DNA of 52,059 bases from a virus (lineage: Duplodnaviria; Caudoviricetes): IMG/VR virus record IMGVR_UViG_3300036792_000274, positions 1 through 52,059 of that record, one strand, 5' to 3'. The position numbers and the translations under genes are program-made. This document shows, piece after piece, positions 37,162 through 46,630 of this stretch (position 1 is the stretch's first letter; every line of letters starts with the position of its first letter). Below the pieces are notes generated by a model. That model was not told the origin of the DNA and did not search any database. It saw nothing but the letters and a program-made list of their open reading frames with translations.

Positions 37162-37337
37162 GCACGCCGCACGAACGCCTGGTCGTCCTGATCGCCTGCG
37201 AAAAGCTGGAGATCGGCGAAGCCTACGGCTGGACGATTGAGCGCGTCGCCAGCCACTACCTCTACAGGGTGGCGATCCCGAACCAGCCGATCGTCGACGT
37301 CACCGACGCCGAGATTCACGAACGGAGGCCCCAGTGA
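37158..37337 (+). CDS. Hypothetical protein
   Basis: GTGA overlaps. Confidence 0.6.
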   Translation: MSTPHERLVVLIACEKLEIGEAYGWTIERVASHYLYRVAIPNQPIVDVTDAEIHERRPQ

Positions 37338-37813
37338 TCTTCAAGCCCGAGCTCGCCGCCGCCATCGTGCTCGGCGAGAAGACCGCGACCCGGCGGATCG
37401 CCGTCGAGAATCCGCGCGCCATGTGGCGGCTCGAGCGCCCGTGGCGCTACGAACCCGGCAAACGCTTCGCGGTGCAGCCGGGCCGGGGCAAGGACGGAAT
37501 CGCGATGGCGATCGTCACCAACCGGCGTATGGACCCGCTGAGCGCCGTCACGAGCCGCGACGCGCGCTGCGAGGGCTTCCCGACCCGAGACGCCTTCGTC
37601 GCCGCGTGGCGCGCCATCAACGGCTCCTACGACCCCGATCAGCGGGTACACGTCGTCGAATTCGAGCTCGACGGTCCCTACTGCGCCGGATGCGACGGCT
37701 GCGGTTGGTGCGAGGGGTCGCCCGCGTTCAGCTGCACCGACTGTCGCGGCACCGGCCGCGAACTCTCTGCGGGCGCCCTGGCGGTGCTCGCCGAGGTCCG
37801 ACCGGACGACTAG
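37334..37813 (+). CDS. ASCH-domain protein fused to DnaJ-type zinc finger
   Basis: MIF......I..GEKTATRR, DARCEGF, VHVVEF; CAGCDGCG...CTDCRGTG. Confidence 0.85.
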   Translation: MIFKPELAAAIVLGEKTATRRIAVENPRAMWRLERPWRYEPGKRFAVQPGRGKDGIAMAIVTNRRMDPLSAVTSRDARCEGFPTRDAFVAAWRAINGSYDPDQRVHVVEFELDGPYCAGCDGCGWCEGSPAFSCTDCRGTGRELSAGALAVLAEVRPDD

Positions 37814-37822
37814 CTTTCGGCC

Positions 37823-37993
37823 ATGCCGCGGCGCAACCGCAATGCCCTTGAGATCAGGCGCCGGCACACGCGCACGGGCAGCGGTTGGATGAGCGTCAAC
37901 AAAGGCAAGGGGTCGAAGAAGAAGCGCGAAAAGCGCACCGACGCCGCCCCGCTGACGCCCGGCGTGATGCACTCCAAGACGCGCCTCCGCTAG
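37823..37993 (+). CDS. 56-aa Arg/Lys-rich peptide, leaderless (absent from ORF track)
   Basis: TAGCTT 37811-37816 then ATG 7 nt later; MPRRNRNALEIRRRH...KGKGSKKKREKR. Confidence 0.6.
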   Translation: MPRRNRNALEIRRRHTRTGSGWMSVNKGKGSKKKREKRTDAAPLTPGVMHSKTRLR

Positions 37994-38000
37994 TCTCGGC

Positions 38001-38165
38001 GCCGCCGTATGCGTAGGCGCGGATCGCGGCCCCTGATCCGAACCTCGCTCGACCGGGGGTGAGTTCGGTAAGCCCCCAAATGGGCGGGAGGGACGTGCAG
38101 CGCTGATTCCCGCGGCTAGGGACCGTCGCCCGCGATGCCCGTCGTGACCTCTCCGGGCGGCGGTT
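38001..38165 (+). ncRNA. Candidate structured ncRNA
   Basis: TAGTCT -10 at 37991; several nested stems; no convincing ORF. Confidence 0.35.
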
Positions 38166-38170
38166 CCCGA

Positions 38171-38767
38171 TCAGGCCGCGACCAGCTGCTCTTGGCCGAC
38201 CGGCGGCGGCGAGGAGATCCCCGCCTCCTCCACGGTCGCGTAGAGCATCCGGCCGACGCGGATCAGCGCCCGCGGCTCCCGCCACGATTCGCCCTCGAGC
38301 ACCTGCGCCTCCGGGTCGCAGTAGTGCTTCCGGTCATGGCCGTCGACCACCCGTTTGTCGTCGGCCCAGACGCCGGCGGCGGTCAGCGCGTCCTCAATCG
38401 CGCGCCGGAGCTTGCCGGAGTCGTGGGTGTCGGTGACGTCAGGGTGCGCCGGCGCCGCGGGACGGAGCAGGTGCGCGAACTGACCCGTGCGGTAGTGACC
38501 GCCAGGCCGTGCCTCGAAGGCGTCGATGCAGACCCAGAGCGGCCCGTCGAGCGCGGGCTTGCCGCGCCAGGCGATCCCCGCCTCGCGCTCGACCATCGCC
38601 ATCCACTCGGCGGTGCCCTTCGTCGCGTGCCGGTACTTCAGGATCAGGCGACCGTCCGCGTCGCGCGCCTCGCTGAAGCGTTTGCCGAGCGGTTCGGCCG
38701 TCTTCGACCCTGCGCCCTTCGGCTGGCCGTAGACCGTCATTCGGAGGAGTTCCGGGCCTCGTTTCAT
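38171..38767 (-). CDS. rusA: RusA-family Holliday junction resolvase
   Basis: GQPKGAGSK, D.GKL.RAIEDALT..GVWADD.RVV. Confidence 0.88.
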   Translation of the reverse strand: MKRGPELLRMTVYGQPKGAGSKTAEPLGKRFSEARDADGRLILKYRHATKGTAEWMAMVEREAGIAWRGKPALDGPLWVCIDAFEARPGGHYRTGQFAHLLRPAAPAHPDVTDTHDSGKLRRAIEDALTAAGVWADDKRVVDGHDRKHYCDPEAQVLEGESWREPRALIRVGRMLYATVEEAGISSPPPVGQEQLVAA

Positions 38768-38909
38768 ACCCGGAATCGTGGGTGCCAACTCGGACGGAAC
38801 GGCTGCAAAACGACGGAAGGCGCCCATCGGCGCCATCCGGTCGGCGGCCTAGATTGGCCGCTGTGATCGTCTCCGCGGTCGATTCTACCCCAAGCAAAAG
38901 GAGATTCCA

Positions 38910-39404
38910 GTGACCCCAGGATCAGCAGTGGCAGAGCCGCCGACCTCGAGCGCCGCGAGCGAGGACGATCTCGCCCAGAAGCGCGCCGAAGCCGCGGGCG
39001 CCGAGCCCCAGGGCGAGCCGGCGGGCGAGGGCGTCGTCGAGCACGACGGCAACGGGAACGGCGGCGCGCCCACGGGCGACGGCGGCGGTTCCGGCGACGG
39101 GGACTTCCCCGGCGAGGATGAGGGCGAACAGGGTCCGCCCCCGATCGCCATCGAGGGCGACGGTCAGCTGAACCTCCAGGTCGGAGGCGCCAAGCCGGAC
39201 AAGGCGAGCGTGAAGCTGCGCGGGGGGTCGATCGACATTCCCGCCGGCCAGCTGAAAAAGGGCGACGTCGTGAACCTGTTGGTCAAGGTCCGCGTCGCCG
39301 AGGTCCACCTGGTCGACAAGATCGACAACTCGACCGGCGAGATCACCCAGACGGAGCGGCGTCACGTCGCGAAGATCATGGGGGTCGAGAAGGTCGCGGT
39401 CTAG
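38910..39404 (+). CDS. Hypothetical protein, acidic disordered N-terminus plus beta domain
   Basis: AAGGAG SD before GTG. Confidence 0.7.
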   Translation: MTPGSAVAEPPTSSAASEDDLAQKRAEAAGAEPQGEPAGEGVVEHDGNGNGGAPTGDGGGSGDGDFPGEDEGEQGPPPIAIEGDGQLNLQVGGAKPDKASVKLRGGSIDIPAGQLKKGDVVNLLVKVRVAEVHLVDKIDNSTGEITQTERRHVAKIMGVEKVAV

Positions 39405-39808
39405 CCCCAAAACGAGAACGACCCCGGAGTGCGTCCGAGGCCGTCCCTACCTTGCCGTCTTGCGAATGATCGACTCAACGAGCATGACGTGACGATCGGC
39501 GGAACTTCCGACCTTTTCGTCGCACTGGAGAGCCAGCGCTAGGCCGCGACGCTCGGTAGCCCGAGCCCGGTCCCCGCCGCTGGCCGTCAACGCATACGCG
39601 GCATCGCGAGAGCAGCCACCTGAACGGCCCCCGATCGGCACCGGGGCGAGTCGGACATAGGCAGCGACGGTGAATGGAGGCGCAGTTGGGCCGGGCAGAC
39701 AACCCCCGGAACCGGGCGCCAAGGGGGCCGTCGTGGTGGAGCGCGTTTGGAACTGCGTTAAGGGGTGGTCGGGCGGGAACTGCCCCGACCACGGAAAGAG
39801 CACAGGCG

Positions 39809-40483
39809 TTGGCTACGGAGACGGAACAGCAGCAACGATGGAAAGGATTTACGCATCAGCAACTTCAGGCGTTCGGCGCCAGGCACACCGCGCGGGGCGT
39901 CGAGGTTCCGTACTTCACGGCCAGGCGCAAGCTCTGGCGCACGAAGCTCTTCACGCGGAGCGGCGAGCCGCGTTCGCTGTGGCTCGGACCCAGCAAGGAA
40001 CAGATCCCCTACGGGCTCTGGCGCTTCCCACGGGAGGGCGACGCCGTGGTGATCTGCGAGGGCGAGAGCGACACGATCGCGTTCGCGCTGGCCTTCCCGA
40101 AGGTGCCGGTGCTCGGCGTGCCGGGGTCCCAGTCGTGGAAGTCGGATTGGGTCCGGCTCTTCACCGGGTTCCGGCGCGTCTACCTCAGCTTCGACGGCGA
40201 CCCCGCGGGCGACGGACGGCCGATGCCCGACAAGCGTTCGATCCCCTACTCCCAGTCGCTCACCGGCCGGGTCAAGGCCGACCTTCCGCACGCCCGGGCG
40301 CTGATGCTCCCCGACCACGCCGACACGCGGGACATCCTCCAGCTGCTCGGCATCGACGCCTACAAGGTGCTGATCGAAACCGCCGACCGCTGGTTCGAGT
40401 CGGAGCGGGCGACCGAGGCGGTCAACGAAGCCTTCCGCCGGCGCCGCGAGGTCGAGATCGCCTTCGAGGAGGCGAGTAGGTGA
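39809..40483 (+). CDS. TOPRIM-domain primase-like protein (start uncertain, frame open from 39674)
   Basis: VVICEGESD and LSFDGDPAG motifs. Confidence 0.85.
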   Translation: MATETEQQQRWKGFTHQQLQAFGARHTARGVEVPYFTARRKLWRTKLFTRSGEPRSLWLGPSKEQIPYGLWRFPREGDAVVICEGESDTIAFALAFPKVPVLGVPGSQSWKSDWVRLFTGFRRVYLSFDGDPAGDGRPMPDKRSIPYSQSLTGRVKADLPHARALMLPDHADTRDILQLLGIDAYKVLIETADRWFESERATEAVNEAFRRRREVEIAFEEASR

Positions 40484-41049
40484 AAGGGCAGCAGAAGCTC
40501 CAGGAGCCCGACCGTCACCTGGCGGCGGTCCCCGACACGCCGGAGCCGCTGATGGTCGTGAACACCGAGACGGGCGAGCAGATCGCGCCGCTCGAGCACT
40601 ACCGCCAGGAGGCCGAGGCCGAGTACAACGCGCTCCAGGGGAAATTCCGCGCCGCGCTCGCCGAGATCACGAAGCTGAAGCGTGACGCCGAGGCCGACGC
40701 CCGCGCGCACGAGCTCTACGCCGAGGCCGAGACGCTGCACTCATGGTGGCGGCTCGCCTGCGGTCACCCGGGCGTGACGTTCAAGGCCGACGACTTCTAC
40801 GTCGTGCTGCCGCGGCTGAAGGAACGCGACGTCGGGCCGATCGGCGTGCTGAAGGCCATCTGCGGCGCCGCCTTCGACCCTGGCACCAAGGCGATGAAGA
40901 ACGGTCGGCTCCAGGTCTTCAACGACTGGGAGTTGATCAACCGCTCGCAGTCGAAGTGGCGATCGTTCGCCGAGCGCGTCCCCGGCGATCCTGACGGACC
41001 CGAGTGGCGGCGCTGGCTGGTCCGGCACATCGAATCCCAGTTCGTCTAA
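40480..41049 (+). CDS. Hypothetical protein, possibly replication-associated
   Basis: GAGGAGG SD; coupled to TOPRIM gene. Confidence 0.65.
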   Translation: MKGQQKLQEPDRHLAAVPDTPEPLMVVNTETGEQIAPLEHYRQEAEAEYNALQGKFRAALAEITKLKRDAEADARAHELYAEAETLHSWWRLACGHPGVTFKADDFYVVLPRLKERDVGPIGVLKAICGAAFDPGTKAMKNGRLQVFNDWELINRSQSKWRSFAERVPGDPDGPEWRRWLVRHIESQFV

Positions 41050-41086
41050 ACCTTGCCCCGCGTCGACCCTTCCGCTAGGGTCGACG
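41048..41086 (+). promoter_or_regulatory. Promoter of HTH gene with inverted operator copy and a 10-bp inverted repeat
   Basis: TTGCCC-17-TAGGGT; AAACCTTG half site; cgtcgaccct/agggtcgacg. Confidence 0.7.
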
Positions 41087-41090
41087 GCGG

Positions 41091-41330
41091 ATGAAGAACC
41101 CGACCAAACCCGGCACGCTGGTATCCCGACCCGAACTGCGGGCGGTGCTCGGCGTCTCGAAAGAGCGCGTCCGCCAGCTGGTCGACTCGCCCGACTTCCC
41201 GGCGCCGGTCGACGTGCTCGACGACGGCCGCACGCCGCTCTGGGACCGGGCCGAGATGCAGACCTACGCGGACGGCCGCAACACCGCCCACGGTCGACCA
41301 TCCGTTGAGCAGGCGCTCGCTAAGACTTGA
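41091..41330 (+). CDS. AlpA/excisionase-like HTH DNA-binding protein
   Basis: ELRAVLGVSKERVRQL...DFPAPV......LW. Confidence 0.85.
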   Translation: MKNPTKPGTLVSRPELRAVLGVSKERVRQLVDSPDFPAPVDVLDDGRTPLWDRAEMQTYADGRNTAHGRPSVEQALAKT

Positions 41331-41369
41331 CGCGCGGCAAGGTTTTAGCTACGCTTCTGGAGTGATCGT
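41326..41369 (+). promoter_or_regulatory. Sigma70-type promoter with operator and +1 box
   Basis: TTGACG 41327-41332, 17 bp, TACGCT 41350-41355; CTTG-acgcgcgg-CAAG; GTGATCGT 41362. Confidence 0.85.
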
Positions 41370-41394
41370 TTCTCCCAACTCCACGGAGGCCAGC

Positions 41395-43087
41395 ATGGAC
41401 CGCGAGTACCCCTTCATCCCGACCGACGACAGCACCTTCAACGTGCGCGTCGCGCCGGACTACTTCTCTGCCACCCTCTACATGCCGTGGGGCACCGGCC
41501 GCGACGATGCGAAATTGCTGGCGGCTGAGTTCCCGAAGGCCCACCGGGTCAAGGCGTCGACCCTCTCGGCGTCGCGGGCCGTCTGCGGCACGGTCGGAAT
41601 CGAGGTCGACCTCCGCCCGAGCAAGGGCAAGGGCTCCCGCAACGAGACGGGCGAGGCCCGCATCCGCAACTTCGTGAAGAAGGCCCGCGCGCTCGGCTAC
41701 CGCTTCGAGCTCCAGGTGATGGGCGGCACGCGGTGGATCAACGGCACGCCGGTCGCCAACACCGAAGAGCGGCAGATCGAGCTCGCCGAGAAGTGGCTCG
41801 GCACCCACGCGACCGGCGGCGGTTTCATCGCCTACAACTCCGAGCGGGAGCGCGCGGCCGCATGAACTGGACCACGCTGATCCGCCTCCCGCAGCCGGAG
41901 GAATTCGAGCCGGGCGCGAAGCGGCGCGCGGCTCTCGTCCACGCCGCGGTCGAAGGCGACACGCTCTCCCTCTGCAACGGCGTCGACCTCACCGATGGCG
42001 AGTGGATCGACCAGGGCGAGCACCCGGAGAACGTCGCCGGGCTCGACAGCTGCTCGATTTGCTGGTCGGTCCTCGAGCGGCGCCAGCGCGAAGAGCGCGG
42101 GCTGCCGGCGATCCCGTCCCAGCGACTCAACTGGCGCCGCGGCGCGGTGACGGCATGACGACCGAAGAGCGGCTGGTCTGCCGCACGATGGGCGCCAACC
42201 TTCACCTGACGCGCCCCGAATACGAAGCGCTGCTGGCGCACCTGCGCGAAGGCAGCGACGTCCTCCAGCGTCGGGTCGAAGTCCTGCTCGCGCCCACGGC
42301 CGAGACGCCGGCGCCGGACGGCGAGTACTTCATCCACCACGCCCGCGGCGGCCGGGGCGAAAAGGCGTTCGGTTGGTGGATCACCATCGGCGGCCGGCTC
42401 TTCGGTCCCTACGATCTGCCCGAACCCGAGGCGATCGAGGCGGCGCACGCCGCGGCGGCGGCAGGCTGATGTTCTACTTCAAGATCACGACGACGAAGCG
42501 CTGGCGCCGCGGCGAGAAGGAAACGATCACCCGGCATGTTGAGGTCCGCGAGTTCGTGCGGCGCCCCGACCTGGGCGAGTACGTCGTCTCCCAGACCCAC
42601 GACAACCCGGAGAAGATCGTTGTGGAGAAGATGACCCAGAAGGACTACAAGGCCGCGGTTGCGGCGAGGAAACGATGAGCCGCGACGGTGCCCCCGACTT
42701 CAGCGACGATCCGCGCCGCTTCGCCGGCCTCGAGCAGCGGCGCCGCGAGCGCGGCCTGCCGACCGGGCGCATCACGCGCTCGCAGGCGATCGGTGACTCC
42801 CTCGTCGACCAGGGCTGGACTGCCGAGCCCGGCGACGAGCCCGGCGAGACGATCTTCCGGCCGCCGCCCGGGGAGCGATTCTGATGGCGGTCACGACGAA
42901 GCAGCTGCGCGCGGACCTCGCCGGCGCCCGGGGCGACCTGGGCGCGATGGAATCCGACAACGCCGGGCGCGAACGCCGCGGCCGCCAGGCGGCGCACGAT
43001 GCGGCGCGGCTGGGTATGAAGCTCGAGCAAATCCGTGATCTCGAAGAGCGCCTGCGGGCGAGAGGAGTAGACCCCCAAGATGGCTGA
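41395..43087 (+). CDS. Six small hypothetical genes (41395-41865, 41862-42158, 42155-42469, 42469-42678, 42675-42884, 42884-43087)
   Basis: GGAGG SD for the first; ATGA/TGATG overlap tiling. Confidence 0.65.
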
Positions 43088-44021
43088 CGCCTCGAAAATC
43101 AGCTGGACCGACCACACCTTCAACCCGTGGATGGGCTGCCAGCGCGTCTCGCAGGGCTGCGTCCATTGCTACGCCGAGACGCTGATCACCCAGCGCCAGG
43201 GCAAGGACTTGTGGGGCTCGAAGGACAAACGGGCCCGGACCAGCGACGCGCTCTGGAAACGCCCGTTCAAATGGAACCGCGAAAGCAAAGCCGACGTCGA
43301 CGGCGGCGGCCGCGTCCACCGCGTCTTCTGCGCCTCGCTCGCCGACGTCTTCGAGGACGCGCCCGTTCCCAACGCCTGCCGCCCCGACGTCTTCGACGTG
43401 ATCCGGCGGACGCCCTGGCTCGACTACCAGCTGCTCACCAAGCGGCCGGAGAACATCGCCGCGATGCTGCCCGACGACTGGGGCCGCGGCTGGCCGAACG
43501 TGTGGCTGGGGACGTCCATCGAGGACCGCCGCGTCGTCGACCGCGCCGTCGTGCTCGGCGAGGTCCCGGCCTTCCGGCGCTTCATCAGCTACGAGCCCGC
43601 GATCGGCCCGATCATGTGCGAGTGCCACAGCGTCGCGTTCGAGCCCGACTCCTCCATCCCCGAGGTCACCTACTCCTGGCTCGACGACTACACCGGCCCC
43701 GATCTCACCTGGTATAACGGCGACGGCGATCTCGCCTTCGACTGGCTGATCGCTGGCGGCGAGTCGGGCTCGGAACGCCGCGAGATGGAGCTCGGCTGGG
43801 CCGACGACGTGCGCCACCAGTGCGAAAAGGAGGGCGTCGCCTTCTTCTTCAAGCAGATCAGCGCCTTCCGCCCCGGCCAGGGCGAGGACGCGCTCGGCGA
43901 GGTCCACCACAACTTTCCCGCCAGCTGGGACCGGAGCGGCCTAGACGCCCACCCGGTCTACGCCGACAACGACGGCCTGCTGGCGACCCCCGTAAAACCA
44001 AACCAAGGAGGATCACAGTGA
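43080..44021 (+). CDS. DUF5131 / phage gp37-gp68 family radical-SAM-like protein
   Basis: [42 protein letters not shown]. Confidence 0.92.
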   Translation: MADASKISWTDHTFNPWMGCQRVSQGCVHCYAETLITQRQGKDLWGSKDKRARTSDALWKRPFKWNRESKADVDGGGRVHRVFCASLADVFEDAPVPNACRPDVFDVIRRTPWLDYQLLTKRPENIAAMLPDDWGRGWPNVWLGTSIEDRRVVDRAVVLGEVPAFRRFISYEPAIGPIMCECHSVAFEPDSSIPEVTYSWLDDYTGPDLTWYNGDGDLAFDWLIAGGESGSERREMELGWADDVRHQCEKEGVAFFFKQISAFRPGQGEDALGEVHHNFPASWDRSGLDAHPVYADNDGLLATPVKPNQGGSQ

Positions 44022-45058
44022 AGTTCAACCGCATACTCTCGGCGCTGATCGCGCTCGCCGCGATCGGCATGATCGTCGGCGGCGTCGCTCAGGCGCAGGC
44101 CAAGCCGATCCACTGCCCGAAGGGCAAGCACCGCAACGGCCGCAAATGCGTCAAGAACCACGTCGTGCGAGGCCCGCAGGGCGAAGCCGGGGCGCAAGGG
44201 CCGTCCGGCTCGAACGGCACCAACGGCTCGAACGGCACCGGCACGAAGGGCGAAACCGGCACGCCGGGGTCGACCGGCGCGACCGGACCCGCCGGCGAAA
44301 GCGTCACCGGCCCGGCAGGCCCGGGCGGCGCGACTGGTCCTACCGGACCCACGGGCCCAACGGGACCGACCGGCCCGCAGGGACCGCCGGCGCCGACCAA
44401 CCCGGTCGCGTTCAGCAACATCACCCCGGAATCGCGGATCGACAACACGCCGTCGCTCGGCTACGCGGCGACGGGCACCACGGAGTTCGGCTCGCAGATC
44501 GCCTTCGACCGTGAAGGCGGCGTCACCGACCCGGAAGTCGAAGTGCTCATGTCGGTTTGGACCTGCGAAACCGGGGAATGGAACGTGGGATGCGTCACCG
44601 TCGACCCGACCGCAACGTTCGCCGCGCCCCTGACGCTCAACGTGTACGCGGTTGGCTCCGAAAACTCGGTGGGCGCCCTGCTCGCCACCCAGACGGAGAC
44701 GTTCAACCTGCACTACCGGCCGAGCGCCGACCCGACGTGCGGCTCCCCGACGCAGTTCAAGGCCGCTGACGGGCACTGCCAGAACGGCTCGCCGCAGTCG
44801 GTCACGTTCGACGGCATCACGGGCGCGCTACCGCACCGCGTGATCGTCTCGGTCGCGTTCACCCCGAGCGGCCCGACCGACTCGCTGAACGTGGGCGTTG
44901 AGGGTCCGGCGTCGATCGGCTCCAACCCGCTCGAAGGGCGCGAAGGCGTCTACTGGGACAGCGCCTGGTTCGGCACTCCCGGCCCGTTCGGGCTCGAACA
45001 GGAAACGGGCGAATGGGCGCCCGGCGAATCGCAGATCGCGGCTCGGCTGATCGAATAG
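44018..45058 (+). CDS. Exported collagen-like protein
   Basis: AAGGAGG SD; signal peptide ending AQA; Gly-X-Y repeats about 44170-44390; beta-rich C-terminal domain. Confidence 0.8.
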   Translation: MKFNRILSALIALAAIGMIVGGVAQAQAKPIHCPKGKHRNGRKCVKNHVVRGPQGEAGAQGPSGSNGTNGSNGTGTKGETGTPGSTGATGPAGESVTGPAGPGGATGPTGPTGPTGPTGPQGPPAPTNPVAFSNITPESRIDNTPSLGYAATGTTEFGSQIAFDREGGVTDPEVEVLMSVWTCETGEWNVGCVTVDPTATFAAPLTLNVYAVGSENSVGALLATQTETFNLHYRPSADPTCGSPTQFKAADGHCQNGSPQSVTFDGITGALPHRVIVSVAFTPSGPTDSLNVGVEGPASIGSNPLEGREGVYWDSAWFGTPGPFGLEQETGEWAPGESQIAARLIE

Positions 45059-45115
45059 GCTCCCGGCGCCGCCGGCCGATTCCCCAGAGACGGCCGGCGG
45101 CGTCAGCCTTCATCC

Positions 45116-45730
45116 ATGAGCCAGCAACAGCACGTCGAGTTCCACCGCAAGGTGCAGATGCGGCGCCACCTTCTTCGGCGCTGGGAGCTACCGAACCCGG
45201 CCGCCTACGTCCCCTTCATCGGCGACGGCGACCTGGCGCTCGAGCTCTACCCGAGCCTCCTCGTCTACGGCGCCGACCTCAGCGACGATCGCGTCGCCAC
45301 GGCGCGCGAGCGGATGCCGGCGGCGAAGCTGGTCACCGCCGACTGCAACGTCTTCCCCTTCGCCCACTGGCACACGCTCCCGCAGTTCGCGCTCGGCGAC
45401 TTCGACGCCTACTCGGAGCCCTACACCGCGTTCCGCTCGTTCTGGGCCAGAGCGCCGCTCGCCGACCGCCTGATGCTCTTCTTCACGGACGGCCAGCGGC
45501 AGACGATGATGCGCGGCAAGTTCGGCACCGCGGGCTACTGGGTCGAGCCCAGCGGCGCGATCCGCGAAGAGGAGGATCACACGCTCCGCTCGGCGACGTT
45601 CAACTCCTACTTCTCGAAGTCCATCTGGCCGTGGTTCGAGGAGTTCGTCGCGCCCTGGCGCATCGTCGATCGCTTCCGCTACCTTCGCGGGTGGATGCTC
45701 TACTGGGGCGCAGTGATCGAACGTGGGTAG
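45116..45730 (+). CDS. Class I SAM-dependent methyltransferase-like protein
   Basis: YVPFIGDG, YGAD, ADC, DFDAYSEP, FFTDG map onto Rossmann MTase motifs. Confidence 0.55.
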   Translation: MSQQQHVEFHRKVQMRRHLLRRWELPNPAAYVPFIGDGDLALELYPSLLVYGADLSDDRVATARERMPAAKLVTADCNVFPFAHWHTLPQFALGDFDAYSEPYTAFRSFWARAPLADRLMLFFTDGQRQTMMRGKFGTAGYWVEPSGAIREEEDHTLRSATFNSYFSKSIWPWFEEFVAPWRIVDRFRYLRGWMLYWGAVIERG

Positions 45731-46157
45731 CCCGGCGCTGAACTTCGCCGGCTGCGACGCCTGCCGGGGCTCGACCACGATGGTCGGCGTCGAGTGCGGG
45801 GGCTGCGCGCACCACTTCCACATCGGCCGCCAGCTGCTCGGCGAGAAGGAAGCGATCCACTGCCCGCGTTGCGAGACGACCGAAACGGCGCGGGACATCG
45901 GCGGCGAGCCCACCAAGGCCGTCGACGAGATGAGCGAAATGGAGATCATCGACGCGGTTTGCACCGACGTCGAGCCCGCGGTCGCGAAGGCCGTCCGCCA
46001 CGTCGCCAAGACGCGCCGCAGCCGCGATCCGAACTTCTGGGCCAACGTCATGCTGCGCGAGATGTGGTTTATCGACCACGGCTCCTATGACGGCTGGGAT
46101 GCCAGCTGCCGCGCCGGGGGAATCGACCCGCTCCAGTTCGCAGCCGTCCCGACGTGA
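45723..46157 (+). CDS. Zinc-ribbon protein
   Basis: CGGC...CPRC. Confidence 0.6.
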   Translation: MGSPALNFAGCDACRGSTTMVGVECGGCAHHFHIGRQLLGEKEAIHCPRCETTETARDIGGEPTKAVDEMSEMEIIDAVCTDVEPAVAKAVRHVAKTRRSRDPNFWANVMLREMWFIDHGSYDGWDASCRAGGIDPLQFAAVPT

Positions 46158-46507
46158 CGTTCGAGGCCACCACGCGCACGGCGTTCCTCGAGCACCTGCG
46201 CTCGGGGATGCGACCCGGCGCCGCGGCGTTCGTCCTCAAGGTGCCGCGCTCGGTCGTCGACGGCTACCTCGCCGAGCACCCCGACTTCGCCCTGGAGGTC
46301 CGCGACGCCGAAGCCACCGCGACCGAGCACGTCGAGGAGGCGATCTACCAGGCGGCCGTCTCCGGCAACGTCCAGGCGGCGCGGCTGTGGTTCGCGATCC
46401 GCGGGCGCGGCACCCGTCGACCGACCGCGGCGCCGAGCGGTGATGACGGTGGGCCCGAGGGCGACGAAGACGAGTTGGAAGCGGCGATGCGGGGAATCGA
46501 GCCCTGA
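46154..46507 (+). CDS. TerS-like HTH protein
   Basis: FLEHLRSG....AA...V.RS.V......PDF...E...Y..A..GNVQAA pattern. Confidence 0.55.
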   Translation: MTFEATTRTAFLEHLRSGMRPGAAAFVLKVPRSVVDGYLAEHPDFALEVRDAEATATEHVEEAIYQAAVSGNVQAARLWFAIRGRGTRRPTAAPSGDDGGPEGDEDELEAAMRGIEP

Positions 46508-46629
46508 CCGGCGAGGACTGGACCGAGCTCACCGAGATCGTCGTCGCCTGGCTGTGGGCGATCGTCGTGCTCGAGCTTCTGCTGATCTTCTGGGCGGCCG
46601 TCGTGCAGCTGGTCGTGGCGATCGCCTAA
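46504..46629 (+). CDS. 41-aa hydrophobic peptide with possible CTG start
   Basis: CTGA overlap with upstream stop; long TM stretch. Confidence 0.4.
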   Translation: MTGEDWTELTEIVVAWLWAIVVLELLLIFWAAVVQLVVAIA

Positions 46630-46630
46630 T

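Noticed and set aside
38050-38170. tRNA suggested by GTTCG/GGTTCC segments
   Set aside because: I could not build a cloverleaf with correct arm spacing
41091-41330. Excisionase implying a temperate lifestyle
   Set aside because: No tyrosine or serine integrase motif recognised anywhere in the genome
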